Assembly: GCA_951406725.2 (NCBI GenBank)
Contig: OX597821.1
Span: 117,490,001-117,554,000 of the forward strand
DNA from: Octopus vulgaris
Taxonomy: Eukaryota
Reading direction: 5' to 3'
Length of the DNA stretch: 64,000 nucleotides
Shown here: positions 60,120 to 64,000 of the stretch, piece after piece
Numbering within the stretch: the first letter of the stretch is position 1
How the letters are laid out: every line of letters begins with the position of its first letter
The notes under the pieces: model-generated
The model's input: the letters and a program-made list of their open reading frames with translations, nothing else
Told to the model about the DNA's origin: nothing
Databases searched by the model: none
Made by a program: the position numbers and the translations under genes

Positions 60120-62544
60120 TTGTGTCTGTGTTTGTCCTACCCTCCCACTGCTTGACAACCGTTGTTGGTGTGTTTATGTCCCATAACTTAGCAGTTTGGA
60201 AAAAGCAGACTGCTGGAATATGTAGCAGGCTTTAAAAAAATGTACTGGGGTCAATTTATTCAACTGAAAGTTCTTTAAGGCATTGCTCCAGTATGGCCGC
60301 AGTCTAATGACTGAAACAAATAAAAGATCATTAAAATTATCTCTGCCTTAGGAAATGGTAATGGAAACCGACCATACTGGAGCACGGGAGATAATTTCAA
60401 CAGTTCAAATGTCCACAGTTGAGATACCTGTTTCTATTTCTTTACTACCCACAAGGGGCTAAACACAGAGAGGACAAACAAGGACAGACAAACGGATTAA
60501 GTCGATTATATCGACACCAGTGCATAAATGGTACTTAATTTATCGACCCCGAAAGGATGAAAGGCAAAGTCGACCTTGGCGGAATTTGAACTCAGAACGA
60601 ATTGGCAGACGAAATACCGCTAAGCATTTCACCAGGCATGCTAATGGTTCTGCCAGCTCGCCGCCTTAGACATACCATTAAGGAAAAGGACAAGCTTATT
60701 GTCCAGAGATGAAAGGACAGACATGGACTATCATGTGATTTTCTCCCTCTCTTTTAAGTGGAGCTGGTCTTCATTGCTGTTTGGTAACTATTAAACATCT
60801 TCTAGGAGCAGCGATGATTTTAAGAAACCAAGAATTTATCCTGCATGGCATTTGACATACCCGTAGTGGTTTATGTAGTGTGAAGGCACATGGCTTCAGG
60901 GTTGGGATATTTAAATCCTGATCATAAGTTCGATTCCTGGCAATGCCTTATGCCCTTGGGCAAGACACTTCATTTCATGTTACTCCAGTCCACTCTGCTG
61001 GTAAAAATGAGTTGCACCTTTATTTGAAAGGGACCAGCCTTGTCACATTCTGTGTTACACTGAATCTCCCTGAGAACTACAACAAAGGTGCACGTGTCTG
61101 TGGAGTACTCAGCCACTTACATATATTTTACAAGCAGGCTGTTCCATTGATCAGATCAACCGGAATACTAATCGTTGTAACCAATGAATTGCCAGTTTTA
61201 TTTGTCTATGTTGTTCAAATACATGGAACTGGTCACTTTGAGTTAGCTCCCTTAGATTATTTCTATTTAAATTATCTGAAGAGTGAGTCCGAGTGGTATC
61301 CAAAAGATCGGAAAAGGCTACTTGGATGGCCTCCATGACAATGCGTAAACAATTTAGTAAAGCAATTTCGGTCAAAGTGAAAAAGAACAATGTCATCAAG
61401 ACAGAACTGGAAGTGCATTGTGACCAGTGGTGTCTAACAGCATCTGATAGTCTGGTTGATATTGTGATACCGTAAAAGAGCCAGTATGGAGAGAAAGTGC
61501 AAGAAGAAGGCTGACAGGAAGGTAGCACTAGATTAGTGTAGAGAGGATCCTGATTGGGTCTGTGAAAGAAAGAACGGCAGGGAAAGAACTGCTTGGATAT
61601 GCAAACTAACTGGCACTCCACTGGTGATGGCAACAAAGGCTCCAGTTAACCCAATCAACAGATCATAGGCCGAATACACAAACCACGAAGGCACGGCTTG
61701 AATATGAGAGAAGTAAATTCAAATGGAATCTAATGGCTTGATTGTTCATCTTTGAAGAAAAGTGGGAATGGTGAAGGGGAAGGCATATGGCCAAGTTGTT
61801 TGTGTGCTGTCTTCTGGGCTGCAAGATTGTGGCTTTGATTCCTAGAACTGTTGGTGTGTTGGGTTCTTGAGCAAAGCACTTTATTTCTTGTTGCTTCTGT
61901 GCACCCAGCTGAAAATGTGTAACCTTGCAACGACAGACCGGCACCCCATTGCGGTGGATGGGACTGCTATGGCCTTGGTCACCCACACGCCATGGGAATT
62001 GGGCAACTGGTCCTATAAGCCCTAGAATTCAAGATGGTACTCATCACCACCACCACCACCACCATGACCATCATCAACAAGAACAACAACGCTGTCGGGA
62101 AATAAACAAAATGCCAATGTAAAAGTGGGTTCTTGAATGGCCAAAATTATTCTCCCATGGCATAACTGTCCTGGTCCCACATTGAAGTTATTTGCTAAAC
62201 AAGCACAACTAGACATTGCCACAAATTGCTTTCTATAACTGGGCAAGAGCTGATGATCAACACATTGAAAGCCTCATTGATTTTAGAGAAATTCTGAGGG
62301 TGAGGGGCAACAGGTGAATAACAAAACCAAACTTACAAAGGTGATGAGTATTTTCATCTGAACCATCTCCACAATTATCTCTTCCATTGCAGACTCGCCA
62401 TATTGGAATGCATAATAAGTTGTTGCAGCGGAATCTTCTCTCTTTTTTTGAACACTCAATTTGAAGGCATACCTCGCGTGTTTCATCTGATTTATCACCG
62501 CAGTCATCGTCACTGTCACACATCCATTGTTTAGGAATGCAGAC
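39140..62544 (-). CDS. LRP2: LDL receptor-related protein 2 (megalin), 3' part, 14 exons; gene continues beyond the right edge
   Basis: Exons join in frame: LDLa repeats, EGF, cbEGF, YWTD propeller, EGF, EGF, TM helix, tail ending [13 protein letters not shown], similar to vertebrate LRP2 TEDTFKDTANLV. Confidence 0.9.
39690..40250 (-). mobile_element. decayed RTE/BovB-like ORF2 C-terminal fragment with a ~95-bp direct duplication (39808-40004)
   Basis: [25 protein letters not shown] remnants with stops. Confidence 0.55.
40736..40868 (-). CDS. LRP2: LRP2 exon, cytoplasmic tail ([31 protein letters not shown]...EMEI)
   Basis: cgtag acceptor after a long pyrimidine tract (alternative in-frame start at 40841), gtgagt donor, phase 2/0. 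Confidence 0.75.
41652..41855. repeat. ~200-bp fold-back palindrome
   Basis: TAGAAGTTGAAAATACACTGAAAATAG mirrored by CTATTTTCAGTGTATTTTCAACTTCTA. Confidence 0.85.
41988..42245. repeat. fold-back with ~105-bp arms
   Basis: GGGAATTACCACTATGTGGAAACCC mirrored by GGGTTTCCACATAGTGGTAATTCCC. Confidence 0.85.
42448..42535 (-). CDS. LRP2: LRP2 exon, transmembrane helix ([28 protein letters not shown])
   Basis: aacag/gtaaga, phase 1/2; hydrophobic run followed by basic stop-transfer residues. Confidence 0.88.
42640..42900 (+). mobile_element. RTE-tail SINE copy
   Basis: family motifs. Confidence 0.75.
43381..43446 (-). CDS. LRP2: LRP2 exon ([22 protein letters not shown])
   Basis: ttcaag/gtaagt, phase 1/1; completes the EGF repeat. 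Confidence 0.8.
43615..44015. repeat. ~400-bp fold-back inserted in (TA)n
   Basis: GAAAGAAGGTTTGAAAATGCAATTTTAAAAGATATTTATTCACTTGACC mirrored at 43965-44012. Confidence 0.85.
44852..45320. repeat. (GA)n and degenerate (TG)n tracts
   Basis: visible. Confidence 0.9.
45351..45449 (-). CDS. LRP2: LRP2 exon, membrane-proximal EGF (CICYHGGSC...CHCKE)
   Basis: attag/gtaaga, phase 1/1. Confidence 0.85.
46186..46323. repeat. near-perfect ~135-bp palindrome containing hammerhead-like CTGATGA...GAAAC
   Basis: TATAGAAGGAGCTTCTACAGGACTAGAACTGTTTC mirrored; minus arm CTGATGATTTCTCTTGAATGAAACAGTT. Confidence 0.8.
47216..47353. repeat. ~135-bp palindrome
   Basis: TAATGAGATAA...GGCTGTGTAGATTT mirrored around TTTATAAATATTTATAAA. 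Confidence 0.8.
48123..48248 (-). CDS. LRP2: LRP2 exon, EGF ([20 protein letters not shown]...CDA)
   Basis: tgtag/gtaaga, phase 1/1. Confidence 0.9.
48379..48882. repeat. (GA)n tracts with a ~230-bp tandem duplication
   Basis: CAGCAT..GAGTTCAAGATGAG...GGTGACAGGCAATGAATAAAAAA at ~48452 and ~48679. Confidence 0.9.
48893..49066 (-). CDS. LRP2: LRP2 exon, last propeller blade ([16 protein letters not shown]...MDKFGRG)
   Basis: tttcag/gtaagt, phase 1/1. Confidence 0.88.
49157..49412 (-). mobile_element. RTE-tail SINE copy, near-identical to 2419-2730
   Basis: family motifs. Confidence 0.8.
50581..50804 (-). CDS. LRP2: LRP2 exon, YWTD propeller (WMYWTD...RVFWSD)
   Basis: tttcag/gtatca, phase 2/1. 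Confidence 0.9.
51640..52342 (-). mobile_element. decayed RTE ORF2 fragment containing an 18-bp minisatellite
   Basis: [31 protein letters not shown]...[14 protein letters not shown]; repeat 51840-52056. Confidence 0.8.
52788..52916 (-). CDS. LRP2: LRP2 exon, YWTD propeller ([22 protein letters not shown])
   Basis: aacag/gtaggc, phase 2/2. Confidence 0.9.
53858..54100. repeat. (TA)n/(CA)n compound microsatellite
   Basis: visible. Confidence 0.95.
54270..55040 (-). mobile_element. truncated RTE LINE 3' end (ORF2 C-terminus + tail)
   Basis: [10 protein letters not shown]...[18 protein letters not shown] homologous to the 26-28 kb ORF, followed by the shared tail. Confidence 0.8.
55741..56017 (-). 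CDS. LRP2: LRP2 exon, YWTD propeller (LYWTD...PNGISIDW)
   Basis: tacag/gtaaat, phase 1/2. Confidence 0.9.
56724..56855 (-). CDS. LRP2: LRP2 exon, Ca-binding EGF ([27 protein letters not shown])
   Basis: ttcag/gtaagt, phase 1/1. Confidence 0.9.
56960..57630. repeat. (CAT/CAC/CCT)n trinucleotide array with higher-order ~240-bp duplication
   Basis: visible; block TGTCACCAT...CCCCCCACCATCTTCCTC occurs twice. Confidence 0.95.
57845..57985 (-). CDS. LRP2: LRP2 exon, EGF-like ([14 protein letters not shown]...CSCRSGF)
   Basis: tacag/gtaggt, phase 1/1. Confidence 0.88.
58236..58700. repeat. degenerate (CA)n tract
   Basis: visible. Confidence 0.9.
59061..59186 (-). CDS. LRP2: LRP2 exon, LDLa repeat ([15 protein letters not shown]...[11 protein letters not shown])
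   Basis: ttag/gtaagt, phase 1/1. Confidence 0.88.
60430..60668 (-). mobile_element. tRNA-headed SINE with MetaSINE-like core; other copies ~9410-9585, 12320-12710 (two), 20720-20925, 45855-45995
   Basis: minus strand GAGTTCAAATTCC B-box followed by GCCTTTCATCCTTTCGGGGTCGATAAATTAAGTACC. Confidence 0.7.
62337..62544 (-). CDS. LRP2: LRP2 exon, LDLa repeats ([21 protein letters not shown]...NCGDGSDE)
   Basis: LDL class A consensus; aataag acceptor, gtaagt donor. Confidence 0.85.
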
Positions 62545-63144
62545 CTTATTGAGGAAATGAAAGCATATAACACAGACATAAATACATACATATCTATATA
62601 TGAATGAATATATATATAGGGAGAGTTTATGGAAAAAACACAAAAGACGAAGACGGGTGGTGTACAAAACAAACAGATGTATTAGTATAACGCTCAGGAA
62701 TAGAAAAAGTCTTTTATGTTTTGAGCCTACGCTCTTCTACAGAAAGGGACACAGAAAACAAGGAGAGAAAGAAGGAGAGAAAAAAAAGGAGTTATATATG
62801 TATGTATGTATGAAAGAAAAAAGAGAAAATGGAGACTGGGAAGTTAATAATTGTTTATTATCAACAGCAAATTAATCATCATCCCTACAGCTGTTTCAAT
62901 TAATACTCAGTAAATTTAAGTAAATATTAAATTCATATAATCTGAGAATAATGTCTTCAGAGGGGAAAAATATACCCTTGGATGTTTTATATGCATTTAT
63001 GGATTCATTATAGCAGACCATATGTTTTTTACATATACCTACTATTTCAAAGAAATTTATTCCCCCCAAGTACTAGGTATTGAATCAGTATTTCCTTGGA
63101 TGAAACCATCCTTTCATGAGGTTAACACAACTTCCAATCGAATG

Positions 63145-63366
63145 CATATATATTTATAAATACATACATACATATATATTTATAAATACACACATATATA
63201 TACATAAATACAGACAAATATATATTTGTATATATACATATATATATACATATATATATATACATATATATATATATACATACACACACATATATACACA
63301 TATACATACACATATATATATATATATATACATACATATACATCTATATCTATCTATACATACACA

Positions 63367-63435
<69 letters not shown>
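63145..63435. repeat. (TA)/(CA)/(TC) compound microsatellite
   Basis: visible. Confidence 0.95.
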
Positions 63436-63438
<3 letters not shown>

Positions 63439-63740
63439 GAAGCACAATGACCCAGTGGTTAGGGCAGCAGACTTGCGGTCGTAGGATCGCAGTTTCGAAT
63501 CCCAGACCGGGCGTTGTGAGTGTTTATTGAGCAAAAACACCTAAAGCTCCACAAGGCTCCGTCAGGGGGTGGTGGCGAGCCCTGCTGTACTCTTTTGCCA
63601 TAACTTTCTCTCACACTTTCTTCTGTTGGCCTACTCGCTTAGCCAGTGGGGTGGCGTCATTTGAAGGCTAAAACAATGCGAAGCGCATTGTGACCAGCGA
63701 TGTGTAGCAACATCTGATAGTCTGGTCGGTCACGGTGATA
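63436..63740 (+). mobile_element. tRNA-derived SINE, third family
   Basis: TGACCCAGTGGTTAGGGC A-box, TTTCGAATCCC B-box, non-tRNA body; tail shared with 37520-37590 and 61400-61475. Confidence 0.65.
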
Positions 63741-63759
63741 TACAACCCCTATCTCAATT

Positions 63760-63813
<54 letters not shown>

Positions 63814-63836
63814 TATCTATCTATCTATCTATCTAT

Positions 63837-63893
<57 letters not shown>

Positions 63894-63894
<1 letters not shown>

Positions 63895-64000
63895 TAGCAG
63901 TATCGCCCGGTGTTGCTTGGGTTTGTAAGGGAAATAACTATAAAAGCATTTTTAGAGAGTTACTTCCCTTGCATAAACCGAGCAAAAATCATTAAAAATG
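63894..64000 (-). mobile_element. probable Helitron 3' end (continues beyond window)
   Basis: minus strand CCCAAGCAACACCGGG imperfect hairpin, short spacer, CTAG then T, inserted in (TA)n. Confidence 0.5.

Overview
AT-rich, microsatellite- and transposon-dense animal genomic DNA. The repeat content and gene content suggest a coleoid cephalopod such as Octopus (inference). Two intron-rich genes converge tail-to-tail. On + are the last 9 candidate coding exons of a DNA topoisomerase II (TOP2) gene (1136-29211), which splice in frame to the C-terminus ...[21 protein letters not shown]. On - are the last 14 exons of an LRP2/megalin gene (62544-39140), covering LDLa, EGF, YWTD propeller, EGF, transmembrane helix and cytoplasmic tail. 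Mobile DNA includes an apparently intact Buster-type hAT transposon (34417-36780, 8-bp TSD CTGTAGGG) and a 5'-truncated RTE-type LINE with an open RT frame that carries a PHD finger inside the RT region. There are also two mariner relics, piggyBac-like and hAT MITEs, several SINE families and many fold-back elements. The most unusual observations are (1) a stop-free inverted copy of a TOP2 catalytic-core exon inside a TOP2 intron, (2) palindromic tRNA-headed elements carrying minimal hammerhead ribozyme motifs, and (3) a tandemly duplicated TOP2 exon encoding a PIP-box-like motif. Exon boundaries were read by eye from GT-AG sites and phase continuity; repeat boundaries are approximate. Most short ORFs in the supplied track are repeat artefacts.
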